Shown here in pieces: positions 23,915 to 35,033 of a DNA stretch of 64,000 bases. How positions within the stretch are numbered: the stretch's first letter is position 1; every line of letters begins with the position of its first letter. The DNA is from Histomonas meleagridis 2922-C6/04-290x (lineage: Eukaryota > Protista > Parabasalia). The position numbers and the translations under genes are program-made. Under the pieces are notes generated by a model, which worked only from the letters and a program-made list of their open reading frames with translations, did no database searches and was not told the DNA's origin. The stretch lies in contig JAANOX010000153.1 in assembly GCA_020184695.1 (NCBI GenBank), forward strand, positions 868,001-932,000, read 5' to 3'.

Positions 23915-24793
23915 TTAAATATCCTTTACTTTTAGTACCCATTGAGAGCAATTCTTTTGGAATAAATGGGTCTTGCTTCCATTTATAATAATGTTGGAAC
24001 CAAAGCTACTCCAACGCACTGTCTTTGGATTCGGATCGTCAATTGAATCTTCTGAAATCCATTCAAATGTATTTAATTGACTAAAATGCGCAATTCCACA
24101 CCTAGTGCTATCGCCACTTTCATTTGAACACTTGAACAGTATAACAACTATATTTGGATCGATTGGACTTATGCTTGCATCAATGAATAAAATATTTCCA
24201 TCGATTTCTGTGAATTTTATGATATCACTTTGGTCTACTAAAATTGCACTTTGGTTCAAATCATATTTTTGTATGTGTTCCTGAGTTGCACAATAAATTG
24301 ATGTGCTTGATCTAAAATCAAACCAAAGAAAAGAGGGAGTATTTAGGATGTATCTTCGGATTGGAAGTGCTTGAGGGGTGCTATTTAATGATTCAAGGAG
24401 ATATATATAAATATTATTTGATTGAATATATCCAAAATAAAGGTTTGGTGGATAAGATGATATTTTAAGACACGTGGCTTCCATAGTTGGATGTTTTGTA
24501 GTAATAGGTATGAATGAACATTCGTTACTATTTGAAGAATCTTCTGGAATTTGGAAAAGTAAAATATTTTCATTTGTCAATACCATAAGGATATCTCCGT
24601 AATCTGATGGTAAAAACGAAAAATTATTTGAACATGGAGAATTTAAGTGAATATGAAACTTTGGATATGTAATATTATCAATTATTGCATATATTAAAAT
24701 CTTATCCTCTCCCTCATTATTCTGGTACATTGCAGCTCTTGTTCCTGCTTGATTGACTTGGAGAGAGAGGAAATTGTCTAATTCATTAGTCAT
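23915..24793 (-). CDS. Hypothetical protein, possibly a divergent beta-propeller
   Basis: 292-aa ATG ORF with M3-like motif 12 nt upstream; beta-strand-like pattern; no diagnostic motif. Confidence 0.6.
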   Translation of the reverse strand: MTNELDNFLSLQVNQAGTRAAMYQNNEGEDKILIYAIIDNITYPKFHIHLNSPCSNNFSFLPSDYGDILMVLTNENILLFQIPEDSSNSNECSFIPITTKHPTMEATCLKISSYPPNLYFGYIQSNNIYIYLLESLNSTPQALPIRRYILNTPSFLWFDFRSSTSIYCATQEHIQKYDLNQSAILVDQSDIIKFTEIDGNILFIDASISPIDPNIVVILFKCSNESGDSTRCGIAHFSQLNTFEWISEDSIDDPNPKTVRWSSFGSNIIINGSKTHLFQKNCSQWVLKVKDI

Positions 24794-25043
24794 GTCCTAT
24801 TATTAACGGTCACGTTCGTTTTTAGAATATTTTTTCAGAACTCAATTGATACTAAAAGATATTTTTTACTTATAGAATATATAATAAATTGTTTTATTAT
24901 TTATTTTTAATTCCTATATATTTATTTATTTATTAAAACAAACAAAATGCTCAAAGCTTTGAGCTTTTCTTCATTCAATCTTCTTGTAAATTTCATGGAA
25001 AAATTATTATAAATAGCAATTATAAGCATTTGCACGAATTTTG

Positions 25044-25832
25044 TTATTTCTTTTGCTCTTTTCTTTTTGTATTCTTTCGCCGTTGGCTAACAGCTCTTCT
25101 TTTAGGAGTTTTCTTTTCTTTGGGAGCCAATTCTTCAATAGCAGGAGGATTGTTGGCATCTTCATTTGTTTCGACTTTGTCCTGTATAGATAATTTAATT
25201 ATCTCTGCAAGTGCCGGATCATTTGCAAATATGGCATTCACAGGTATTTTTAAAACGTCTGGACCTGGTCCTATCTTGGATGCAAGGACTGAATCAGATA
25301 GAATCGTTTTGCACTCTTTTAGTTCCAAGAACTCTGATCCGGTTTTGGTCGCTAATTTCTTTAATAGATCATTGCTTGAAATTGTTTGACCAAATACTAC
25401 AAAATCAAAGTGGATTTTGGAACTAAGTTTTGCTTTGGTATGAATCGTTTTGTCAACAAATTCGCTCGAAATTTCATAGGGTGAATGAATAAATGTTAAA
25501 ACTCGTCGATTTTTTATCTCATCATTGCAATGTTTGAGGGCAAGTACAGATGTCCTGATTCCTTTTAGCAAAGAAGTTTTGCCGTCACTTGTGATAAATC
25601 TCATACAATCGAGAATTCTTTGAATATTATTTGTAAATGATAGTCGTATCCCAACTTCTCTCCCAGCAAATGTTCCTATTGCTATTTGAGACTCTGGGTT
25701 GCGATCTAATAAGTATTGTGAATATCTCTCAACGGTCAATTTTTGAGCTTCCAATCGAGTAGGTATAAAATCTGAATTGATTGAATATAGTGAATTGTCA
25801 ATTAATATTACCACAGCAGTTGGTTCACTCAT
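25044..25832 (-). CDS. Rpn10/S5a-like protein (vWA domain plus UIM-like segment)
   Basis: AVVILIDNSLYSINSDFIPTRLEAQ resembles Rpn10 (DNS.YMRNGDF.PTRL.AQ); IGPGP; NDPALAEIIKLSIQD is UIM-like. Confidence 0.8.
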   Translation of the reverse strand: MSEPTAVVILIDNSLYSINSDFIPTRLEAQKLTVERYSQYLLDRNPESQIAIGTFAGREVGIRLSFTNNIQRILDCMRFITSDGKTSLLKGIRTSVLALKHCNDEIKNRRVLTFIHSPYEISSEFVDKTIHTKAKLSSKIHFDFVVFGQTISSNDLLKKLATKTGSEFLELKECKTILSDSVLASKIGPGPDVLKIPVNAIFANDPALAEIIKLSIQDKVETNEDANNPPAIEELAPKEKKTPKRRAVSQRRKNTKRKEQKK

Positions 25833-26317
25833 TGTTTATTGTGAACCTTTTTTTTTTTAAATTTGTGGTAAACGTTTTCAGACAGAAAAGTTATAGTTTC
25901 GTTCACAGCAATATGAATTTCAGCATTGTTTGCTTAAGCACCTCAAATAGCGCCAAAGGATATGGTCAATATTCGCCTTAATGATGTAGCCATGTATTTT
26001 TAAATTTGTTTAATTCAAAACTTTCAACAAAATTATTATTATAAAAAGAAAAAAAATCTTGTTTTTATTTGATTATATAATCATTGAAACATATCTACTT
26101 TGATTTAATTTGAGATTGATCTAGGGAAAGCAGCAAAAAGATTTAACGTGCTTGTCATTAATATTGAATTGTTTACACATTAAATTTCAGAAACTCTATA
26201 TAGTGGGAACACATTTGACACGATCAATTTTAATTCAATTTCCATTAATGACTCCATGGTCATGTTTAAATTTTTATCAGGTTGTTGGTTGATCAAGTAA
26301 ATTAAGAAATTAAAAAT

Positions 26318-26393
26318 GGTTCTGATGCAAAACGCCCTCCATTTTGCGGTTTTTGAACGATAGGAAATTTGAGGAAAAATAAAAATGCCACAT
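26318..26393 (+). mobile_element. Solo outer end of a Merlin-type terminal inverted repeat
   Basis: GGTTCTGATGCAAAACGCCCTCCATTTTGCGGTTTTTGAACGATAGGAAATTTGA is nearly identical to 32694 onward and to the reverse complement of the 34909 end. Confidence 0.85.
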
Positions 26394-26396
26394 TAG

Positions 26397-27885
26397 GGCA
26401 CCCCATCCACCATCCTGACGGCCGGTTTCGATCGTTATCCATTGAAAAACGAAGTCGAACAAACAAATTATCAACAACAGATCTTCCAAAAAATACCACA
26501 ACAACAAATAAATCGAAGTGACATTGAACAAACGAATTATCAGCCACAACAACAAATGTTTCAAGAAACAAATCAAAACGACGTTAACCAAACAGAGTAC
26601 CAGCAGCAGACGTACGAAAGAATGCCGCTCCATCAAATCTTCAAAACAATGCCGCACCAAGGCACACATCATATTGAGCAAACGGAGATGAATTACAATC
26701 CTCAGCAGCAAATTTATCCTCGGAATCTATATGTAGCGCAACAAATTAATGATCTTAAACAAACAGAAATTAAATATCAACAACAAATGTTTGAAACAAT
26801 GCCACAGTCAAATATTTTATATCCAAATCAACAGATATATCAAGAAGTACCACAGAATATATATTATCAACAACGAATTCCAATAAATATAAATACGCAA
26901 CCACAGTCGCCTAAAGTAATGAATCAACAAATTTATCCAAATATTAATGTTCAACAGCAAATTTATCCACAACAACAACAACAAATTTATCCAAATATTA
27001 ATGTGCAACAACAAATGAGTCCACAACAACAACAAATGTATCCAAATATTAATGTGCAACAACAAATGAGTCCACAACAACAACAACAAATGTATCCAAA
27101 AATTATCCAAATTTCATCATAACAACAAATTATTTATTCACCACAACAACAAACAACATATTCACTTAATCAACTCCAAAACATTTATCAAAAACAATCG
27201 TACATAGTCCCTCCAGTACATAATTATCAAACTTATATTAATCAGAACAAAATGTTCTAACCATATCAAGTTGAACAACCACAACAACCCAAAACGATAT
27301 TTAATTGTAATAACATTAATGAGTTAATCCAACTCTTAAACAATGGCGTCAATGTTAATTCTGTTGATAACTTAGGCCGCACAGCATTATTTAGTTGTAA
27401 GAGCAAAGAGATTGCTCAACTATTAATTGAAGCCGGTATTAACATTAATGCCAAAAACAAAAATGGTCGCACAGCATTATTCTGTAATGATTATGATATA
27501 ATGCAATTATTACTTCAGTCTGGTATCGATATTAATTCACGAAATAAAAATGGGAAAACAGCACTGTTTGGACAAACGAATCCGAATAATGCATTACTAT
27601 TAATACATAATGGAATTGACGTGAATTTAAAAGATAATAATTATCAAACAGCTTTGTTCAATTGTAATGATACACGTATTGTAACAGCTCTAATTAATGC
27701 GGGTGTTGATATTAACGCAAAGGATAAAAGACGGAAAGACGGCGCTCTTCACTTGCACTAACCCACGAGTTCCAAAGTTATTAATAGACGCATGAGCAGA
27801 CGTAAATGTGCAGGACAAATTCGGTAAGACTGCACCTTTGGCGAGGAATTTAAAACAAAAAAATAATTTTTTATATGTTCTGTAA
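26397..27885 (+). pseudogene. Gln-rich N-terminus plus ankyrin repeats; 5'-truncated pseudogene
   Basis: One frame runs from the TIR edge to 27761 with two TAA stops (27120, 27258); ankyrin repeats (GINVN..D..GRTALF); extra A at 27726-27729; TGA at 27793; no ATG. Confidence 0.8.
26925..27105 (+). repeat. Coding tandem repeat, ~51-54 bp (QQIYPNINVQQQMSPQQQ) x ~3.5
   Basis: Repeated caacaaat(t/g)tatccaaatattaatgt(g/t)caaca units. Confidence 0.85.
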
Positions 27886-28407
27886 TGGAATATTTTATTT
27901 AGAATTTCATGTTTTATCATGAAAATGATCCTTGAATTGGATTAAAATGTTTTATTTAATAAAATAAAAATAAAAAATATTTTAATGAATTTTATCTTAT
28001 GAAATGCGTCAGAAAAACTTCGAAACGGATCTTCTGCTGCTGCTTCTTCTGCTTCTTCTCGTTTTTATGGAGCATTTGACTGATTTTTGGTGCTGCGTTC
28101 CAAAAAATGTAAACAGATTAAATTCTTTTTGTTTTGTTCTCGCTATATTTATGTTTGATGACGCAACAAGAGCACTCACAATAACAAATTTAAGTATGAT
28201 AACTAATGATTGCATTTGCATAGCTAAACATAATAGAATTTCTGTAATTGATATTCCAATTCAATCATTTGGAAGATGGATCGCATTGAATTAGGCGATT
28301 CTGTTAACACGATATTTTTGGAAGCTTTTTATTTGAGTCACTTCATAGAATCAGTTATCATAGGGAAAGATGCTACAACAATAGGTTCATATTCTTTTTG
28401 CTGGATG

Positions 28408-28860
28408 CTATTCAAATATGAAACGCATTTTTTTCCCTAATTTTTTAATTTTGTAAAAATTTTCATAAATATATTTAAAGATATCATTTCTATTAAACAT
28501 AATTGCTGTTTCATAATCATCTTTGTATGATGAATGATGTTGTTCACATAAATGAATGATATCTATATTTCCATTAGCAACTGCATATTTACCAGTGCTT
28601 TCTAATTTTGCTCCATTCATTAGTAAATATTTAAAACATTTAACTGATCCGAAAAATGCTGCATAATCAATTAATACAACATTTCTTTGATTGATAAATG
28701 AATATCTTTCATAAAGTGATGGTTCAATTATTTGATTAAAATTAAAATTTGTTTGTGATGACATTTCTTGAAGTTTTTCTACTTCATCATTACGAATTAT
28801 TGTTGCAATTTTATTTAAATTGTGCCAATTCTTAACATATTTCTTATGAAGTTCAAAATT
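28408..28860 (-). pseudogene. DUF3447/ankyrin-family fragment
   Basis: IIRNDEVEKLQEMSSQTNFNFNQIIEPSLYERYSF...LIDYAAFFGSVKCFKYLLMNGA; no intact N- or C-terminus. Confidence 0.75.
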
Positions 28861-30154
28861 TTCAGAAAGATCTTTGTTTTTTTTAATCGATTTTCTAGTA
28901 TGAAATTAATTCTTTTAAATAATCATTATATATATGATTAACATCGGCTAAACTATGTATTGATAATAGTTAATTGAATTTTTATTTACAGCAATTTGAT
29001 ATTAATTCCATAACTGAGTGTAATCCAATATATTATGTCATTTTTAGAAGTTTATTATCAATTGTTCAAGTAATAGAGAAAATTTATATGTTAGTTTATA
29101 CCAGTGAATCAATATATATATTAAAAGATATTATTGGATTATAAAAAATGATGAACGATCAATATTTGAGAGGAATTGAATATATCGTCTTTCCCGATAG
29201 ATTTTGATTGATTTTTGATCGGACAAAGTGTTTGAATGAAAATGTCTCACCTCAAATCAAGGAATTTTTATGCCAAGAAATTTTTGTATTAAAATATCAA
29301 ATGCCAATAATTGGCATTACAGTTAGGACATTAATCAAACAAATTTTAATGACTGAATGTAAAATAAAAATTAATAAAACTTTTGTTAAAGTTAGAATAT
29401 GTAATGCCCTCTTAAATTCTTTTGAAATGAGAAAAAACTATTCAGTATTTATTTTAAAACACATTCTGCAATTTTAGGTAAAAAATTATATATTATAAAT
29501 GATCCACCATTATTTTACCTACACAACAGTTATTCTCAATATATAATAATATTCGAAAAGGGATATATCTATAGTTTTCCGGAAATTACTTTTTGTTCTT
29601 GGAAATAAATTATGTAATGAGAAATTTTGAATTTTTTCCAAAAAATCTCCGATTTTTTCAAGTAAACCTCAGAAAAATTAACGTGCAAAATTTTACTACT
29701 AGAGTAGACACTTAATGAGATATTTATTTTTTTTCAAATTCCGAAGACCGCTATGCTCTGGAAATATGGTTGTTTGTATATTTATATCAACTTTTGTTTT
29801 ACTTTTCTTTCTAGTGTTTCTTGCGAACATTTGATCTTCAAGTTGATTTTAATGTTATTAGCAATATATGCTTTATTTCCATTTCTTATTGAAAATGAAG
29901 ATTTGATGTAGAAGAGGAATCTGAATTAAAATTTTTGTTTGTACTTTATTTTTTATTTTTATTTTTTTTCATGAAGTAAATTTACTATTTCTGTGTAACC
30001 TTTTTGATATGCAATTTGAAGTGTTGTCTCAAATTATTAAAACATATATAAAATTATTCAAATGAATATTTTTTGCATTAACATCAATTCCTTTATCTAA
30101 AAGTAATTTTACTATTTCTATATTATTATTTTTAACTATATGAAGTGCTGTGTC

Positions 30155-30446
30155 AAATTATTAAAACATATTCTAAATTATTAAAACATATTCCAAATTA
30201 TTAAAACATATCCAAAATTATTAAAACATATATAAAATTATTAAAACATATTTCAAATTATTAAAACATATTCCAAATTATTAAAACATATTCTAAATTA
30301 TTAAAACATATTCCAAATTATTAAAACATATTTCAAATTATTAAAACATATTTCAAATTATTAAAACATATCCAAAATTATTAAAACATATTTCAAATTA
30401 TTAAAACATATTCCAAATTATTAAAACATATTTTAAATTATTAAAA
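30155..30446. repeat. 20-bp minisatellite (AAATTATTAAAACATATTCC) x14 plus partial
   Basis: Exact 20-nt periodicity; variation confined to 4 nt per unit. Confidence 0.95.
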
Positions 30447-30541
30447 TGAATATATTTTGCATTAACATCAATTCCTTTATCTAAAAGTAATTTTACTATT
30501 TCTATATTATTATTTTTAACTGCTATATGAAGTGCTGTGTC

Positions 30542-30673
30542 AAATTATTAAAACATATTCTAAATTATTAAAACATATCCAAAATTATTAAAACATATCC
30601 AAAATTATTAAAACATATTCTAAATTATTAAAACATATTCCAAATTATTAAAACATATTTTAAATTATTAAAA
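30542..30673. repeat. Same 20-bp minisatellite x6 plus partial
   Basis: Same unit as 30155-30446; single copies also at ~30031 and ~30771. Confidence 0.95.
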
Positions 30674-30794
30674 TGAATATATTTTGCATTAACATCAATT
30701 CCTTTATCTAAAAGTAATTTTACTATTTCTATATTATCATTTTTATCTGCTATATGAAGTGCTGGATTAAATTATTAAAACATATTCCAAATTA

Positions 30795-32100
30795 TTAGAG
30801 TTCGTTTTCTATCTTAACTAAAATGTCCCCAAAACTCGCAGCACCAATTGATGTAACTTCTTTCGGATTAATGTTTTTTAATATTTCTTTTCCATTAAAA
30901 TATTCCTGCACAATTTCTTGTGATTGCGGAATAAGCGATGAGCCGCCTGCCAAAACAACTTTGTCGATTTCGTTCTTTTCTATTTTTGCATCATTCAAAA
31001 TATCTTTAATTGGATCAAGTAACTTTTGGAAGATGTCTTTGGTGAGTTCTTCAAATTGTTCGCGTGTAATTGTTTCGACAATATTTTCTTCATCAATTTT
31101 CATTATTGTTTCATTTGAAAATGTCACTACTTAATTTTGCTGTCATTGTTAAGTTCTTTCCGGTCTTTTTTTGGTATTTCTTCGAAATGTATTCGAAAAT
31201 ACAATTATTGATATCATCACCGCCAATTTGTATATCGCTAAAAGAGAGAAGATCAAGGTACCGAAAATCGTTTTCGAGGAGCAATACGCTTAATGTAGTA
31301 CCAAAGTCAAAAATCAATATTTTGCTCCTATCGTATTTATATTTATTAAGGTCATAAGCAATCGCACTGGAAACTGGTTTGTAAAGAAGTCTAATGATGT
31401 TTAAACCTTATCGATAAGGTACCGGAATTGATTATTGATTTACGTTGAAAATCATTGAAATAGGTTGGAATTCCAACTTCATGGCCAAGATGTTTTTCTG
31501 TAGTTTTCTTTAGTAACTTAAGAATAATGATGATTTCTTCGGGAGAAAAATGTTGTTGGATTTTAACATGTGGATAACCTTCTTTGCTTTTGGGAGGAAA
31601 ATTGATTTCGTATTGAGTTTGGTTGTCAGAGGAATGATGTCTTGCATAAAAGTTAACAAAAGAAGTATCATTTTTAGCTAACGAAGTAAATTTTTGACCT
31701 GTTTCAACAAATTGTGTTGGCTTTTCTTCCGACAAAAATATTTCTAAACCATTTTCGAAATGTATATTTTCATTTCCAAGTAAATCCAAGTACACCGTTG
31801 GCACATTACAAATATAAACTTTTGCATTATTTCTTCTTTTATATATCAAACTAATTTTCGAGTGTTCCACATTTAAATAGGTGTAAATCCTCATTTGAAT
31901 GTTTATAATGTTTTCCCACAGATAAAATCTCATCATAATAACCATATGGTTCTTTAGCTAAAAACAAGAAATTCTTTGGTAATATCATTAATTCAAATTT
32001 ATCAAAATCAAATTCGTTTGCATTATATTTTATATTATATCTTTCACATAAATTTTTTCCCAATTAATATTTTCTTCTTTACCTAAAATGAAATATTCAC
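30795..32100 (-). pseudogene. Divergent HSP70-like ATPase domain, fragmented
   Basis: IPTYFNDFQRK, IFDFG.TLSV, IQIGGDDI, TREQFEEL, VVLAGGSSLIP and INPKEVTSIGAA lie in three different frames. Confidence 0.75.
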
Positions 32101-33135
32101 TTAATCTTATTCGTTAAGTTTTATATTTAAATCTTTGATACATTAAAGTAATAAAATCATGTTTTGGAATTTTATTAATTAAATCTTCAAGATTTAGAAC
32201 ATATAATATATTACATGTAGTATTACTTTTATTTAAAGGTTTACATTTATTAATAAAAGATTTATAATAAGTTATTTCGGTAACTTTTTGTAATGTTTAT
32301 ATTTATAACTTTTTGATTCGGGGGGGCGATACCACTTTTTGAATAGGAGTTTGTTCACAATTACAGTCAATCTTTCCTATCAATATCTGAAGATGAACAT
32401 ATTTATATTGGAACAGAAATCATATATACATGCATTGTGGTTTAATACTCTTTTTAATATAATATTATTATATATTTTATACGTTGATATATCAAAATGC
32501 TGAAAAGCAAAACAATAAACTATAAGCAGCAGATTTTAATGAAAGTAATGAATATGTTAAAATATAAATAAAATAATTTTTTTTGTTTATTTAGAAATAT
32601 TTAGCGCACACCCATGAATAATGACCGTCACTATATGCTGAGCATATTTTATGGCATAGAATGAACAATACATAGAAGTGCATTAGAGAATACGGCCCTG
32701 ATGCAAACCGCCCTCCATTTTGCGGTTTTTGAACGATAGGAAATTTGAAAGGAAAAAAAATGGCAATATTAAGTCATTTCAAAAAATGAATGATGGCAAA
32801 ATATTTTATTGGGGGGGTCTGATACACTTCGAAATCATTTTTCTGATAAATATATTTTAAATTATGATTAGTTTATTAAGAAATTTCACCAATTATTGCT
32901 TCCCAGCATTTTTCAGATGTATTTCCTATATTTCTTCATTAGCACCATTCATGAATATATGATTCTAGATAATTTTTAAAAATTATTTTCTCTAAATCCA
33001 TCTTTTATAATAAATCCTTCTATTAGATTTCATGTACCTTCTATTTTTCGACTAATTGACTTAGTAATTGGATCTACAAAATTTTCTGAGTGATTTACTG
33101 TTTTGTGTACATAACCTAAATCACTAAGATTATTA

Positions 33136-33987
33136 AAGTATTCTTCAATAAGTTTCCCACGTAAAGCTAGCAAATAACTTCCGCAGACAAGGAACATGCT
33201 GGCGACAAAAACAACAATAAAAAGAAGGCAGGAAATAGCAAAATGGATATACCTAGGGTATTCAGATATGGACATCCAACGGATGACTGGTCATGACCAC
33301 AAGACTGGACAAAAGTGCTGTTCACAGATGAAAGCTACTTTTGGCTCAACGAGGATCATCGACCTCTTCATCGAAAAAGAGGCGAGAAATGTCCTGAAGT
33401 TATAGTTACTGAAAAAAAATTCCCAGATGAGGTTTTGGTGTTTGGTGGGATATCTTCCCAAGTCAAAACAAACTTCATCATAATCGAAAGAGGTACCATT
33501 GATCATGTTTCTTATGTAGACGAACTGATAGATGGTAGCGGTTTGAGATACCGCAGATGAATGAAGTCTATGGAATCAAAGGTTGGATTTTAATGCAAGA
33601 TGGAGCAACCGCTCATACTTGCAGAGAAACTATAGATTACCTAAGGATGTAGGTTAACATTCTAGAAGACTGGCCTTCAATGAGCCCAGATCTCAATTCA
33701 ATTGAGAATCTATGGGCGATTATGAAAAGAAAAGTTTATGAACTTAAGCCGAAAATTATTGATGAGCTCTGTGCTGCGATATTCGAAGTCTGGGAAAGCA
33801 TCTCCCCTGAAATGCTTCGAAATCTTGCAAACTCTATGCAAGACAGACTGCAACAAGTTATTCGCAATAATGGGGATCATATCAACTACGAAAAAAAACA
33901 AATAAATTTATAGAACTTTTTAATAGAAGTGCGAAGGTTATTGGCCTAAAAAAGTGTATCGTTCGGGAAACTTATTGAAGAATACTT
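33136..33987 (+). mobile_element. Tc1/mariner (IS630-Tc1) element nested in the Merlin transposase
   Basis: Perfect 23-bp TIRs AAGTATTCTTCAATAAGTTTCCC (33136-33158) and GGGAAACTTATTGAAGAATACTT (33965-33987); TA at 33134-33135 and 33988-33989. Confidence 0.92.
33196..33913 (+). pseudogene. Tc1-family DD34E transposase, internally deleted and frameshifted
   Basis: Short HTH-like start; FTDES; VLVFGGIS; LMQDGATAH; WPSMSPDLNSIENLW. 34 residues between second D and E (one is a TAG); two frameshifts. Confidence 0.9.
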
Positions 33988-34645
33988 TATATGACTTGTA
34001 TTCATCAGACCAAATTTTTGAATTAGGTTCGACTGTTGGACAAATAATTTAAATGACTTTCATCAATTTCGATCATTTTATCACCAAGTAAATTTTGAGC
34101 TATATCTTTTCGATATTCTTTTTCTGCAATAGATCGAAAAGTTTGAAGCCATGTTATTACTGATCGTTCACATACATATGTAATTTTAAATGTAGTTCTT
34201 ATATCAAAACCTTCTACCCAACATGCTAAAATGTGAACAAATCTTCTTAATGAAAGTTTTGATTGTGATACCCATGAATCTAATCTGATTGATTTTGAAT
34301 TTCTGCATTTACTTGAGCAGCATCTATATGCAGCACCATCAGGGTAACTTGGTGAAAAATAAACTTTCATTAACGATTGACATTTCGGACATATTTGAAT
34401 TTGCTGGATATCAGGAATGATTCCCTGCTCAGATACTTATTTGATGAAGCTTTTGTCATTTAATTTTAACACTTTCTTAATGGTTTCGAATTGCGATTGC
34501 ATCAATAAAATAATGATCGACTTTTTAACTACTTTACAAACAAAAAATATGAATAATTTTTATCGATAACCGTTATAATAAATCTTGTGTATCTTATTTA
34601 ATAAACTCATATATTATCGTTATGTCAAATATTTTGTCTGTCAAA

Positions 34646-34668
34646 ATATATATATATATATATATATA
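34646..34668. repeat. (AT)11 microsatellite inside the Merlin element
   Basis: Direct reading. Confidence 0.9.
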
Positions 34669-35033
34669 AATTAAATTACATTAATTTCCTAAAAAACTAA
34701 TCATAATTTAAAATATTTGAATATATTTTTATTAGAAAAATGATTTCGAAGTGTATCAGACCCCCCGATAAGATATTTTGCCATTGTTCACTTTTTGATA
34801 TGACTTTGATTTCCTTATCAAAAGTAGAATATTTTTATTGCCATTTTTTTCCTTTCAAATTTCCTATCGTTCAAAAACCGCAAAGTGGAGGGCGTTTTGC
34901 ATCCTAGCCATAAACATTCTTAGTATCATTTCTTGTTTTTCAGTTGTATATAAAACATCAAGGTGAAATTTGAGCTTGACAATATGGGTGCCCCATTTGG
35001 CGGTTTATGTGATATAAAAAGTGATAAAGTTGG

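Larger units (their letters stand above)
29960..30790 (-). pseudogene. Three near-identical ankyrin units separated by 20-bp minisatellite arrays
   Basis: Units translate as (T/P)ALHIA.KN.NIEIVKLLLDKGIDVNAK; starts spaced 227, 387 and 124 nt. Confidence 0.75.
32876..34460 (-). pseudogene. Merlin/ISXO2-like DDE transposase, interrupted and decayed
   Basis: CPKC...DGAAYRC..SKC..SKSIR..SW.SQSKLSL zinc-ribbon region; IEIDES; VEPNSKIWSDEYKSY | NNLSDLGYVHKTVNHSENFVDP...IEGT(W>*); YLESYIHEW. Internal deletion after IDESHL. Confidence 0.88.
32694..34909 (-). mobile_element. Merlin (IS1595/ISXO2-like) DNA transposon, defective, with ~190-bp TIRs
   Basis: Inverted repeats at 32694-~32885 and ~34684-34909, both starting GG; internal ISXO2-type transposase remnants. 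No clear TSD for this pair of ends. Confidence 0.85.

Noticed and set aside
26442-27761. TAA/TAG reassigned to Gln (non-standard code)
   Set aside because: Conserved genes (RPL4, calnexin, Rpn7) have no internal TAA/TAG and end in TAA, and the same region also has frameshifts, so it is a pseudogene.
28004-28400. Short ORFs possibly of BspA-type leucine-rich repeats
   Set aside because: No convincing repeat motif in any frame.
30155-30673. CRISPR-like array
   Set aside because: Units are directly adjacent with no unique spacers; eukaryotic context; no cas genes.
32311-32340. Extra degenerate copy of the inner TIR motif (GGGGGG..GATAC.ACTT)
   Set aside because: Match too short and imperfect to support.
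33030-33275. 81-aa standalone ORF
   Set aside because: Chimera of antisense Tc1 sequence and the Merlin C-terminal half.
32685-34918. TSD for the inner Merlin ends
   Set aside because: Flanks AGAGAATAC and ATAAACATT do not match.
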